A stretch of DNA of 64,000 bases, taken from assembly GCA_014360805.1 (NCBI GenBank), contig JACIWU010000003.1, forward strand, positions 5,020 to 69,019. Reading direction: 5' to 3'. Origin of the DNA: Chloroflexota bacterium. Lineage in GTDB: Bacteria; Chloroflexota; Anaerolineae; DTLA01. The notes under the pieces are model-generated. The model was not told the origin of the DNA. It saw nothing but the letters and a program-made list of their open reading frames with translations, and searched no databases. Made by a program: the position numbers and the translations under genes. Shown piece after piece: positions 29,694 to 39,600 of the stretch (the first letter of the stretch is position 1; every line of letters starts with the position of its first letter).

Positions 29694-30398
29694 CTATTGC
29701 GCAGTTACGGGCTGTGCGTAACGGAACTCAATTCTCCGGGCATACATGGGGATCGCCAGGGTTTGCGCATCGGCAATCTCGGCTTGGAATCCCGGGTGTG
29801 CGGCTTGTAGCGACGCCAGCATCCCGCCTTTGCGCGTCAACGCCACCCTCAGGGTGTCGGGGTCGCCGAGCACCTGGAAGACGAACGGGCGGGAGAGCAC
29901 TGTCCCGTCCACCGAGATGCCCGCCTCGGTACCCACGATGGCAGAGGAGACGACCAGCCGCTGGCCGTTGAGGGCAATCGCCTTCGCGCCGGAGTTCTTC
30001 AGTTCGTTGACCATATCCTGCAACTCCGTGGCGCTTACGGGGCTGTTCAGCGTGAGGGTGATGCCCGGCCCCGAGACTTCGCTGAGGCCGGTGATGAGTT
30101 TCAGGCGGTTCAGTTCCTCCACCATGACGACAAGGGAACCACCCTGCTGCTCCAATTCGGCCAGTTTGGCGCGCAACGAATCCACTTCCTCGCGCAGTTT
30201 CAGGTTGGCGTCCACGAGGCCGCTGATGAGAACGGCGCGATCGGTCCCCGAGGCGGCAACCCGCGCCGAGCGCAGGGCGCTCTCGCTGCGGAACTGGGCG
30301 AAGATGAGCATCCCCACCAGGACGAACAAAATCGCCAGCGGGATGTGCACGAGCCAGTTGTCGTGCGAGATTCTACGGAGATACTGAGACACTTGCAT
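29694..30398 (-). CDS. DUF881-family membrane protein (YlxW/YlxX-like)
   Basis: After an N-terminal TM helix it reads LITGLSEVSGPGITLTL...LVNELKNSGAKAIALNGQRLV...VLGDPDTL. Confidence 0.7.
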   Translation of the reverse strand: MQVSQYLRRISHDNWLVHIPLAILFVLVGMLIFAQFRSESALRSARVAASGTDRAVLISGLVDANLKLREEVDSLRAKLAELEQQGGSLVVMVEELNRLKLITGLSEVSGPGITLTLNSPVSATELQDMVNELKNSGAKAIALNGQRLVVSSAIVGTEAGISVDGTVLSRPFVFQVLGDPDTLRVALTRKGGMLASLQAAHPGFQAEIADAQTLAIPMYARRIEFRYAQPVTAQ

Positions 30399-31164
30399 AC
30401 AGCGCTCCGAAGCCGCCGCGATAGGCGGGCACCTGAATATCGGCGGCCTGCGCGACGGTGAAAGCCAGGCCGTAGGCCGCGACGCGATTGCGCAGGTCGG
30501 CGAGGAACCTGGGATTCTTGAGCAGCGACTCCTGCTGCTCCGATGGGCCGATGGCTCGGATCACGTAGGGCGGCGACAGGCGCGTATCGTTGACCATGAT
30601 GGTCGCCCCCACGCAGTAGATGGACGTGCTGGCGACAATGCGCTCGCCGTTCACGGAGATGGCCTCGCTCCCCGCCGCCCACAACAGGTTGACCACGTCG
30701 CGCAGGTCGTAGTCGTGCACGAGGTACAGTTCGGGGTTCACCGCCGACGGAACAACTTGCCGATTGCTGTCGTTCAGGACGACCTCAACACCCGGGCCGT
30801 GCAGCGCGACGAGGCCAGCCAACACCTTCTGGCGCGCCAGTTCTTCGGCCAGCCCCGCCAACAGGTCAGCCGATTGGCCGCGCTGCTGCTGTCGCTCGTC
30901 CAGTTGCTGGCGCAGTTGAGACACTTCCGCCTTCAGCGCGTCCTGTTCCGCCTCCAGCCGCGCGATGGTGGACGCCGTGCGGTCGCGCGCGTAACTCGTG
31001 TCTGTCAGGCGCGTAGTCGGAGCCGAGCGCCACTGGAGCGACAGAAGCAGCCCCAGCGCCAGGCCCGCCAGCAGAAGCCCTATGGAAGATGTCCGGGTCT
31101 TCCTCTTCTCCATCGGATTGCACCGCGTTGTGATCTTTCTGCCATATATAACGCAGAAAAGCAC
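30373..31164 (-). CDS. DUF881-family membrane protein, tandem paralog
   Basis: It has the same architecture as its neighbour, including HGPGVEVVLND...VNLLWAAGSEAISVNGERIV...AIGPSEQ. The start is ambiguous between M1 and M18. Confidence 0.65.
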   Translation of the reverse strand: MLFCVIYGRKITTRCNPMEKRKTRTSSIGLLLAGLALGLLLSLQWRSAPTTRLTDTSYARDRTASTIARLEAEQDALKAEVSQLRQQLDERQQQRGQSADLLAGLAEELARQKVLAGLVALHGPGVEVVLNDSNRQVVPSAVNPELYLVHDYDLRDVVNLLWAAGSEAISVNGERIVASTSIYCVGATIMVNDTRLSPPYVIRAIGPSEQQESLLKNPRFLADLRNRVAAYGLAFTVAQAADIQVPAYRGGFGALYASVSVSP

Positions 31165-31211
31165 CTTTCGGTGCCTTTCTGAAACACATCTCGTCTGTGC
31201 AAGAACGATGC

Positions 31212-31736
31212 CTAGCGGACCAGGTTCGCCAGTTGCAGCCTGTAGATGCGCTGATTGTCGGTAATGTCCGTCTCACCCAGGACCGGGGCCGCCCGCACCT
31301 TGAGCCAGTACTCGGGACGAATGGGGATTTCGGACAGACCCTGCAGGCGGACCACCTTGACCTCCCCCGGCGCCAGTTGCTCAACCGTGGCGACACGGGT
31401 AAGGATGGGCGAAGGCTCGCGGTTGTCCAGGCGGAGTTCGGCGCGCACGACGACGTTGCGCTCCGCGGTCAGGCCCGTATTCTCCACGGCAACCAGCAGA
31501 TTGACCGTCTTCAGATCCTCCAGCGAGCGGATGGCATCCAAAGGCGGGTCAAAGTCAATGGCCAGAACCGCGATGTCGTGTTCCGGCGGCCTGGCCGAAA
31601 CGTCATGCGACGTTCCGGTGAAGACATCCAGTTGCCGAGTCTCTATCTGGAATTGTGTGCAACCTGTCAGCAAACCAAGCAGGAGCGCGGAGAGCAAAAC
31701 AGCCACCCGAAGGCGGCGTAAATCTCCATCTCCCAT
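31212..31736 (-). CDS. Hypothetical lipoprotein
   Basis: I placed the start at MGDGDLRRLRVAVLLSALLLGLLTGC, which has a lipobox. The rest has no recognisable motif. Confidence 0.4.
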   Translation of the reverse strand: MGDGDLRRLRVAVLLSALLLGLLTGCTQFQIETRQLDVFTGTSHDVSARPPEHDIAVLAIDFDPPLDAIRSLEDLKTVNLLVAVENTGLTAERNVVVRAELRLDNREPSPILTRVATVEQLAPGEVKVVRLQGLSEIPIRPEYWLKVRAAPVLGETDITDNQRIYRLQLANLVR

Positions 31737-31892
31737 AATTGTCAAACCCTCCCCCACGTGGCATGGCATGAGTGTGCCGACAAAGCGCCATGATGAACGT
31801 TTTGTCACAATCGTATCATACCCGATTTTGGCGTCTTTGTCAAGTCATTGGCGGCTGCGATTGCTCCGTCTTGTGTTGGCGAGCAAACTGCA

Positions 31893-31918
31893 ACGCACTG
31901 CCGAAAGTGCGTCGCACC
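31893..31918. repeat. Degenerate REP-like copy (ACGCACT-gccgaa-AGTGCGTCGCAC)
   Basis: It shares the GTGCGTCGCAC arm. The inverted repeat is imperfect. Confidence 0.4.
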
Positions 31919-32037
31919 CATGCCCATGGCGCGACCAACGGACTTTGGAACCGAGACGCGGTCGCGGCCGAAGCGGAGATCTGCGAAGCCCCCAGGGGGC
32001 TTTACGCCGCCCGGCGACGGTTGCGGGGCCGAACCCA

Positions 32038-34386
32038 CTACCGCACCCAGTACTTCTCTCCGTCCGTAACGATTTCCAGCGAACCCTTGCGGCGAGTCTG
32101 CCACACGGTCGCACCGGTGGCCTCCAGCCGCTGCAAGGTCGTGGGGTGAGGGTCGGCGGCGGCGCGAGGGCCTCCCTGGATGACGGCCACCCGCGGCGCG
32201 ACAGCGGCCAGGAACGACTCCTGCAGAGCCTTCTCGCCCCCGTGGTGCGGAACCTTCAGCACCAGCGAGCGCGGAACATCCTGCTGGTTCATCAGGAGCA
32301 ACTGCCCTTCTTCCTCCAGGTCGCCGGGGAACAGGAAGGTGGCGCGCCCCATGGTAAGCCGAATGACCATGGAGCAGTCATTGACGGAGCGGCAGGGGGT
32401 TGTGGGCCACGGGTACAGCACCTCCAGCACCACGTCGCCGTCCACCACGAACCTCTGCCCAGGCGAGGCCGGGATGCGAGGGATGCCTCGGGCTTGGGCC
32501 GCCGCCACGCATGCCTTGTACTCAGGCGTCTTGCCCGGCCGCGCTTCCACAAACCCGCCCACGTTGTACCGCTCCAGAACGCCGATAAGTCCCCCGGCGT
32601 GATCGGCATGCGGGTGGGTGAGAAAGACCAGCGCCAGGCTGCGCTGCCAGAACGGGAGCCGCCGCCCCACCTCGCTCAACAGGCGGGCCGGGTCGCTTCC
32701 CCCGTCAATGAGCACGGCGCTCCCCTTCGGCGTGCGTATCAGCACCGCATCACCCTCGCCCACGTTGATGAAGTGCGCATGGAGCCGCCCGTCGGGCATC
32801 TGCAACCCCGCCGCCCACACCAACGCTGCCACAACCGCAAGCGCGCCCTGCCATCGTCCGCGCCGCACCGCCTTCGCCCAACGGCGCGCGGCCGGGCTCA
32901 GCCAGCGCCGCACCCGCTGCGAGCCGAAGGTCAGCCCTCCTACGACCACGTAGTACCCCGCCACGACCGGCCACGGCACCCGCGCCACTTGCAGGTTCGC
33001 CCCAGGCACCGCCGCCAGGGCCTCGGCCATGCGGATGGTGTACGCCAGGAATAGCCACGCCGTCCACCCCGCCGGCATCCCCAGCGGCAGCCAGACCAGC
33101 GCCAGCAGCAACCCCACGCCGCCCCAAACCATGACCTGCGGCTGCGCCGGCACGATGAGCAGATTGGCCACCAGGCTGATGGGCGACAGGTTGTGGAAGT
33201 AGGCCACCGTCAGGGGCAGGGTCAGCACCTGCGCGGCCAGCGTGGCGGCCAGGCCATCCCCCAGCCAGCCCACCGCCGCCTTCCCCAGCGCCCCGGGGAT
33301 ATGCGCCGACAGGAACGCCCCCACCCGCCGATGGAGCGGCTCCGCATACAGGATCATCCCAAGCGTAGCGGCGAAACTCAACTGGAACCCCACATCCCAC
33401 AGCGCCTGCGGACGGATGGCGGTCATCAGCAGCGCCGAGGCCGCCAGGGCGTTGAGGGCATCGCTGCGCCGCCCCAGCAGAAGCGCCACCAACGCGATGC
33501 ACCCCATGATGGCGGCGCGCACCACTGGCGGGTCCGCGCCCACAAGGAGGGTGTACAGGACGACGAGGGGGATCGTCGCGGCCACCGCCCACCGCCGCCC
33601 GACCGTGCGCGTGAGCATCCGCAGCAGCGCGCCCGCGATGACGGTGATGTTGAACCCCGAGATGGCGATGATATGTGCCGTGGCCGTTGTGCGGAAGGCG
33701 TCCATCACATCGGCCGAGATGCCGCCCTCGCGCCCCAGGAGAATGCCCGTCAGCAGCGCCGCCTCGGGGTTGGGCAGCAGCGCCGCCAGTACGGACTCGC
33801 ACCGCGCCCGAAGCGCCCCGAGCATCCGCCGCAGGCTCCAGCCCTGTGCATGGCCCAGCACCTCCACCGAGGGCATGTACATCAGCGAGAACACGTTTTC
33901 GCGGGCCAGGTAGTCGCGGTACGAGAATTCCTCCCACACGGGCGGCGTGGTCAATTCGCCGTCCAGCCGCACCGTGTCGCCGTCGCGCACGACCGGGAAC
34001 GCGGGCAGCGTGGCCAGCACGAAGCCGTGAACCGGCGCACGGCCATAGGCGTGGGTGATCTCACGCGCGGAGATGCGGACGCGCCAGCGAGCGCCCTTGG
34101 GCTCCGGCTCCCCGTGCACGACGCCGACCAGGCTCACGGAGCCGCCCTCGTTGTAGTGGGCCACATGGGCCGCGTCTATGCGGGGCAGGCCCACGGTGTA
34201 GCGCCAGGCCCCGAGCAGGAGAAAGGCAGCAGCCAGCAGCGGCAGGCCGGCGCGAGTCCTCCTGGCCAGAACCGCCGCCACCACCGCCGCGCCAAAGCCG
34301 CCAAGCCAAACTGCACTGGGAACCCGGGCCTGTTGGGCCAGCCAAATGCCGACCACCCAGGCCACCGCCATCCACACAAGCCGCAT
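32038..34386 (-). CDS. comEC: ComEC/Rec2-family DNA internalisation channel with a C-terminal metallo-beta-lactamase domain
   Basis: The protein is 782 aa. It has an N-terminal DUF4131-like region, a polytopic membrane core and a C-terminal metallo-beta-lactamase domain with HPHADHAGG. Confidence 0.85.
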   Translation of the reverse strand: MRLVWMAVAWVVGIWLAQQARVPSAVWLGGFGAAVVAAVLARRTRAGLPLLAAAFLLLGAWRYTVGLPRIDAAHVAHYNEGGSVSLVGVVHGEPEPKGARWRVRISAREITHAYGRAPVHGFVLATLPAFPVVRDGDTVRLDGELTTPPVWEEFSYRDYLARENVFSLMYMPSVEVLGHAQGWSLRRMLGALRARCESVLAALLPNPEAALLTGILLGREGGISADVMDAFRTTATAHIIAISGFNITVIAGALLRMLTRTVGRRWAVAATIPLVVLYTLLVGADPPVVRAAIMGCIALVALLLGRRSDALNALAASALLMTAIRPQALWDVGFQLSFAATLGMILYAEPLHRRVGAFLSAHIPGALGKAAVGWLGDGLAATLAAQVLTLPLTVAYFHNLSPISLVANLLIVPAQPQVMVWGGVGLLLALVWLPLGMPAGWTAWLFLAYTIRMAEALAAVPGANLQVARVPWPVVAGYYVVVGGLTFGSQRVRRWLSPAARRWAKAVRRGRWQGALAVVAALVWAAGLQMPDGRLHAHFINVGEGDAVLIRTPKGSAVLIDGGSDPARLLSEVGRRLPFWQRSLALVFLTHPHADHAGGLIGVLERYNVGGFVEARPGKTPEYKACVAAAQARGIPRIPASPGQRFVVDGDVVLEVLYPWPTTPCRSVNDCSMVIRLTMGRATFLFPGDLEEEGQLLLMNQQDVPRSLVLKVPHHGGEKALQESFLAAVAPRVAVIQGGPRAAADPHPTTLQRLEATGATVWQTRRKGSLEIVTDGEKYWVR

Positions 34387-34479
34387 GGCCGTTACCTATC
34401 CACGAATCACACGAATGGACATGAACAAACGCCCGCACGCTGGGCTGGTTCGCGGTGCTCCTGGCGGGACAACGAGCGC

Positions 34480-35421
34480 CTATTCGCGGCGCATCAAGTC
34501 GCGGAGATAGGGGTCGTGCTGGAGCATGAGCCGCAGGCCGGTTGCCACATCCACCTTCGGCGAGTAGCCCAACAGCGCCCGCGCCCGCGTCAAATCGGCC
34601 ACCAGCCGCGAGACGCCGCCCGTGTCGGCCTGGCTGTGCAGCGAATGCACCTCGCGCCCGATGGCAGCAGCGATGAGGTCTACCAGAGCGCGCACACTGG
34701 TCTCCTGCCCCGAACCGACGTTGATGACCTGGCGGTTGACCCCCGTCGCCTCCGAGGCGGTTACCAGCGCGTCCACCACGTCGTCTATGTACACGAAATC
34801 GCGGGTCTGCTGGCCGGTGCCGAACACGATGACAGAGCCGCCCGACAGCGCCTGCTTGAGGAAGAAGGGGATCACAGGCGCGTGGGCTGCGGGGACAAAC
34901 TGGCCCGCGCCGTAGGCGTTGAAAATCCGCAGGCTCACCGTCTCTATAGCGTACAGTTCGCCCAGGGTGTTCACGTACAGTTCCGACGCCAATTTGCTCA
35001 CGGCGTAGGGCGAGCGCGGATGGGGCCATGCGGTCTCCGACACCGGCTGCGTCTCCTGATCGCCGTACACCGCCCCCGACGAGGCGAACACCACCCGCCC
35101 CACGCCCGCATCGCGCGCCGCTTGCATCAGCGAAACCGTGCCACCCACGTTCACGTCGTTGTACTCGCGGGGATAGAGGACAGACTCGGGCACAGACACG
35201 CGGGCCGCCAGGTGGTACACGCAGGAGATGCCCTGGAGCAGCGTCCAGAGTTTGGGCACATCGCGCACGTCGCCACGGGTGAACACCACGCGGCGGTCCA
35301 GCCGCGACGGGTCACCCGCGCTCAAGTCGTCCAGCACGCGCACGTGGTGCCCTTCGGCCACCAGCCGATTCGCCAACGCCGCGCCGATGAACCCGGCGCC
35401 GCCCGTGATCAGAACCCGCAT
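34480..35421 (-). CDS. NAD-dependent epimerase/dehydratase (UDP-hexose 4-epimerase-like SDR)
   Basis: It has the Rossmann motif MRVLITGGAGFIG and the catalytic YAVSK triad. Confidence 0.85.
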   Translation of the reverse strand: MRVLITGGAGFIGAALANRLVAEGHHVRVLDDLSAGDPSRLDRRVVFTRGDVRDVPKLWTLLQGISCVYHLAARVSVPESVLYPREYNDVNVGGTVSLMQAARDAGVGRVVFASSGAVYGDQETQPVSETAWPHPRSPYAVSKLASELYVNTLGELYAIETVSLRIFNAYGAGQFVPAAHAPVIPFFLKQALSGGSVIVFGTGQQTRDFVYIDDVVDALVTASEATGVNRQVINVGSGQETSVRALVDLIAAAIGREVHSLHSQADTGGVSRLVADLTRARALLGYSPKVDVATGLRLMLQHDPYLRDLMRRE

Positions 35422-35443
35422 ACCGTCCTCGTCCTGCTTTACT

Positions 35444-36223
35444 TCAGTGTGTGCGCCGACGCCATTCTGTCTTTAGGTCCAGTTGGGTCAGGTCCTCGCC
35501 GATTTCCAGGAAGTCGGCCAGCAGGCGGTTGAAACGGCCGACCTCATCCAGCATCGGGAAGTGCTTGGACTCGGTCATGGTGAGCACCCGCACCCGTGGG
35601 TTGTTGGCCGCTATGGCGGTGGCCTGGGCCGGATCCACCAGCCCGTCCTTGCGCCCGTACACGAGGAGCGTCGGCATCGGCAACTGGCGCAGCAAGGGAC
35701 GGATGTCAAAGCCCTTCAGGTTGGCCAGACTCTCCTCAACCGCGTTGGGCGCGATGCGGGCGATGTCCTGCCACACGATATTGTGGGGGATCTGCCGCTT
35801 CTGCTGGAACTTGCCGATGGCCGACTTGCCGAGGATGGCGCCGGTGTTGAGGCCCGCATCGGTGAGGGGCGTGCTCACCAGCGCCAGGCGCGGCGCGCGG
35901 TCCGGGTGTTTGGCCGCGAAGTGCACGGCCAGGATGCCCCCCAGGCTGTGGGCCACCAGCGGAGCCTTGAGGATACCCATCTGATCCATGAAGGCTTCCA
36001 GCAGGCGCAGGTAGGAATCCATGTCGTGGCGGCCGCCCTGCTTGTCCGAATCCCCGTACCCCCACAGGTCAAAGGCGTGCGTGCGGTAATTCTCGGAGAG
36101 CGCCTCCATGGCATGCATCCAGTAGCGCCACGAACCGAGCCAGCCGTGAAGGAAGATCAGCGGCTTGCCTCGCCCCAGCGTTTCGTAGTGGATGATTCGC
36201 TCCTCAATGAGGATGACGCTCAT
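35444..36223 (-). CDS. Alpha/beta-fold hydrolase
   Basis: The N-terminus reads IHYETLGRGKPLIFLHGWLGSWRYW and the nucleophile elbow is HSLGG. It is a paralog of the hydrolase at 49702..50490. Confidence 0.75.
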   Translation of the reverse strand: MSVILIEERIIHYETLGRGKPLIFLHGWLGSWRYWMHAMEALSENYRTHAFDLWGYGDSDKQGGRHDMDSYLRLLEAFMDQMGILKAPLVAHSLGGILAVHFAAKHPDRAPRLALVSTPLTDAGLNTGAILGKSAIGKFQQKRQIPHNIVWQDIARIAPNAVEESLANLKGFDIRPLLRQLPMPTLLVYGRKDGLVDPAQATAIAANNPRVRVLTMTESKHFPMLDEVGRFNRLLADFLEIGEDLTQLDLKTEWRRRTH

Positions 36224-36247
36224 CGCCGCTCCCTGGCCGCCCGCGCC

Positions 36248-36634
36248 TCATTTCCCTTTGGCGGCCGCCAGCACATTCCGCAGCCGACCGGGCAACTCTT
36301 CCGGCGAGAACGGCTTCAGGATATAGTCCGCCGCCCCCAACGAAAGCCCCTGCTTGATGTCGGCCTCCTGCCCGCGCGCGGAAAGAAACACCACTGGAAT
36401 GCCCTTCGTCTTCGGGTTCGCCTTCAGCGCCTGGCACGCCTGGTGCCCCGTCATGCGCGGCATCCGCACGTCCATCAGCACCAGGTCGGGCATCACCGCC
36501 AGCGTCTGTTGCACGGCCTCTTCTCCGTTGTTCGCGGTTACGACCTCAAACCCGTTGAGTTCCAGGATGAACCGAAGGAGTTCCAGGATATCGCGCTCGT
36601 CCTCGGCTACAACGATTTTCGGCATACCTGCCAT
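36248..36634 (-). CDS. Single-domain response regulator receiver (CheY-like)
   Basis: It reads KIVVAEDERDIL...DLVLMDVRMPRMTG...KPF. The start is at MAGMPK or MPK. Confidence 0.8.
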   Translation of the reverse strand: MAGMPKIVVAEDERDILELLRFILELNGFEVVTANNGEEAVQQTLAVMPDLVLMDVRMPRMTGHQACQALKANPKTKGIPVVFLSARGQEADIKQGLSLGAADYILKPFSPEELPGRLRNVLAAAKGK

Positions 36635-36650
36635 CCAATACGCAATGGGT

Positions 36651-39600
36651 TTACTCGGCGCGGTCCTCGGTCGCGCCGCGGGCCGACTCCGCCTCACCGT
36701 TCGGCCTGGACCGAGATTCCAGCGTCTTGCGCACTTCCTCCACCAGGTCTGGGATGGAGAAGGGCTTGGTCATGAAGTTCACGGCGCCCAGGGCCAACGC
36801 CCGCTCGCGCTTCATCTTGTCTTCAGAGATACTGGCCGTCATCACGATCACCGGGATGTCGGCGGTGTTCGGATTCCGCTTCAGTTGCTCCAGCACCGAG
36901 TAGCCGTCCAGCCCGGGCATCTTGAGGTCCAGCAGGATGAGGCCGGGGCGCTCCTTTTCGGCCACGGCCAGCACCTGGCGGCCGTCGGACACGGCCCGCG
37001 CCACGAACCCGTTGCGCTCCAGCACCTCGCGCAGCAGTTTCTGCGTGTCCTCGTTATCATCGCAGATGAGCACCAGGTCGTGGGCGAACAGGATGGAGTG
37101 AACCGTGCTGACGAGCCGCTTCTCGTCCACCGGCTTGCCCAGGTAGTCCACCGCCCCCAAGCGGTAGGCCCGGTCGGGGTCGGGGACGATGGACAGAATC
37201 ACCACGGGGATGTCCGTGGTCTCGGGGTTGGACTTCAGGTCGCTGAGCACCTCAAACCCGTCCTTGCCCGGCAGGCGAACGTCCAGCGTGATGAGGTGCG
37301 GTCTCTCGCGCAGGACGAGGTCCATCACCTCGTCGCCCCGCCCGCAAGTGCTCACCTCGTACCCTTCCTCGCGCAGATGCGTGGCCACCAGGTTCGCGAT
37401 GTCGGGCTCGTCTTCCACCACGAGAATCCGCTTGCCCGCGCCAATGGGCTCGGCTTCTTCCGTAACCTCTTCCCGCGGCGGGAGCGGCTGGTCAAACACG
37501 GCGATGGGCATCGTGAAACTGAACTTGGACCCCTTGCCCAGTTCGCTCTTGAGCCAGATGGTGCCGCCGTGCATCTCCACGAACGACTTGACGATGGCCA
37601 GGCCCAGGCCGGTGCCGCCCGTCTCCTGCACCACCGGATGGTCGGCGCGATAGAAGCGGTCAAAGACCTTCTTCTGGTCCTCGGGCGAGATGCCGATGCC
37701 GGTGTCGGCCACGTCTATCTGCACCTTGTCCGACACGCGGCGCGCCGAGACGGTGATCTTGCCGCCCGCGGGCGTGTAGCGGCACGCGTTGTCCACTAGG
37801 TTGGTCAGAATCTGCGTCAGGCGGTCGCGGTCGGCGTACACCGGCGGCAAGGGCGATTTGACCTTGATGGTAACCGTGAGTTGCTTCTCCTCGGCTTGCT
37901 TGCGCAGCGCGGTTACCACGTCCTGGATGACCTTGGCGGCGTCGGTGGGCTGGCGGTCCAAGCGGATGCGTCCGGTCTCAATCCGCGAGATGTCCAGCAG
38001 GTCGTTGACCAGCGTCGCCAGTCGGTCGGCGTTGGACTTGATGACGGTCAGGAACTTGCGCTGGGCATCCGTAATAGGGCCTGCCGCTTGCATGAACAGG
38101 AGGTCGGTGTAGCCCTTGATGGAAGTCATGGGCGTGCGCAATTCGTGGGACACGGTGGAGATGAATTCGTTCTTGACGCGCTCCGCCTCCACTTCCTTGG
38201 AGATGTCGCGGAACAGCGCCACGGTTCCCAGCAATTCGTCGCCCATCATCACCGGCGCCACGCGCACGCTGGCCACCTTGTTGCCCACGGCGAAACGCTC
38301 TTCCATCTGTGGCCGCTGGCGGGACGCGACGCCGACCCAGCGGCTCACGGCGGCCAGCCCGCGGGCGGCCATCTCGGCCCCCGCCGAAAGCGTGGCCGGC
38401 AGGGCATGCACGTTCTCGTTCATCACCACGTTGCGCGGCACGCCCAGGATGCGCTCGGCGGCGTCGTTGAACAGGATGATGCGCCCGTCGGTGTCGGTAA
38501 CCACCACGCCGTCGGCGATGCCTTCCAGAATGGCGCGGGTCTTGGATGCCTCGGTCTGCTGCATCCGCAGCATGTCGCCCAGGCGGTCCGCCTGCTCCTG
38601 GATGAGGCGATACAGTTCGGCGTTGCCGATGGCCGTGGCGATCTGGGTGGCGGCGGCGGTTACCATCTTCAGGTGGGCCTCGCTGAAATAGTCGGGCCTG
38701 GGGTCGGCCAGCGTCAGCACGCCGAGGATGTCCTCGCCCGCCTGGAGCGGCACCGACAGCGCCGAGCGCACCGTCTCTTCGCCCACCGTGGTCAGCCAGC
38801 GCTTGTCCTTGGTTACGTCGGGCACGATGACCGCCTGGCGGTGCTGGAGCACCCATCCGGCCAGCCCAACCCCCGCGCTGAAGGACCGCGACAGCGACGC
38901 GGCCTGGTCCGCCTGGCCCCGCGTCAGCGAGGCGCGGTGCACCAGTTTGCCCGTCGCCTGATCCAGCAGCAGGATGGACCCCTGCCGCATGCCGATGGAC
39001 TCCTTCAGGAGTTGCAGGGCGCGGCTCATCACGCGGTTCAGGTCCAGCGTCTGGCTCAATTCGCGGGCGATGCGGTACAGCGCCTCGGTGCGGTCGCGCT
39101 CAATCGTGAGTTCCTCGTTGGCCTTCGCCAGTTCGCGCGTGCGCTGCTCCACGCGCTCTTCCAGTTCCAGGTTCAGCCGCGTGATCTCTTGGTACAACTG
39201 GGCGTTGCGGATGGCGCGCGAGGCCTGGTTCACCAGGAAGTTCACGAGCGACACTTCCCGATCGGTGAAGTGATGGGGTTCGGTGGAGCCTGCGAACAGC
39301 ACGCCGATGGTTTGTCCTTCCAGTTGCACCGGCACGCCGAGCATGGACTGCACGCCCAGTTTGCGAATCACCGAACTGACGCGGCTATCCTGCGCTACCT
39401 CGTCTATGACGAGCGGCTTGCCCGATCGCAGGATCTCGGCGGTCAACCCGCGCGCCCTGGGCTTGTGCACCTCAATCTGCTGCGCCATCTCCGGCGGGTC
39501 CGACACGACCTTGAAGACCAGTTCATCCTCGGTCTGGCCCTTGATGTACAGCGTAGCAAGTTGCGTGTGGGTCAGCCGCAGCGCGCTCTGGGCGATGAGC

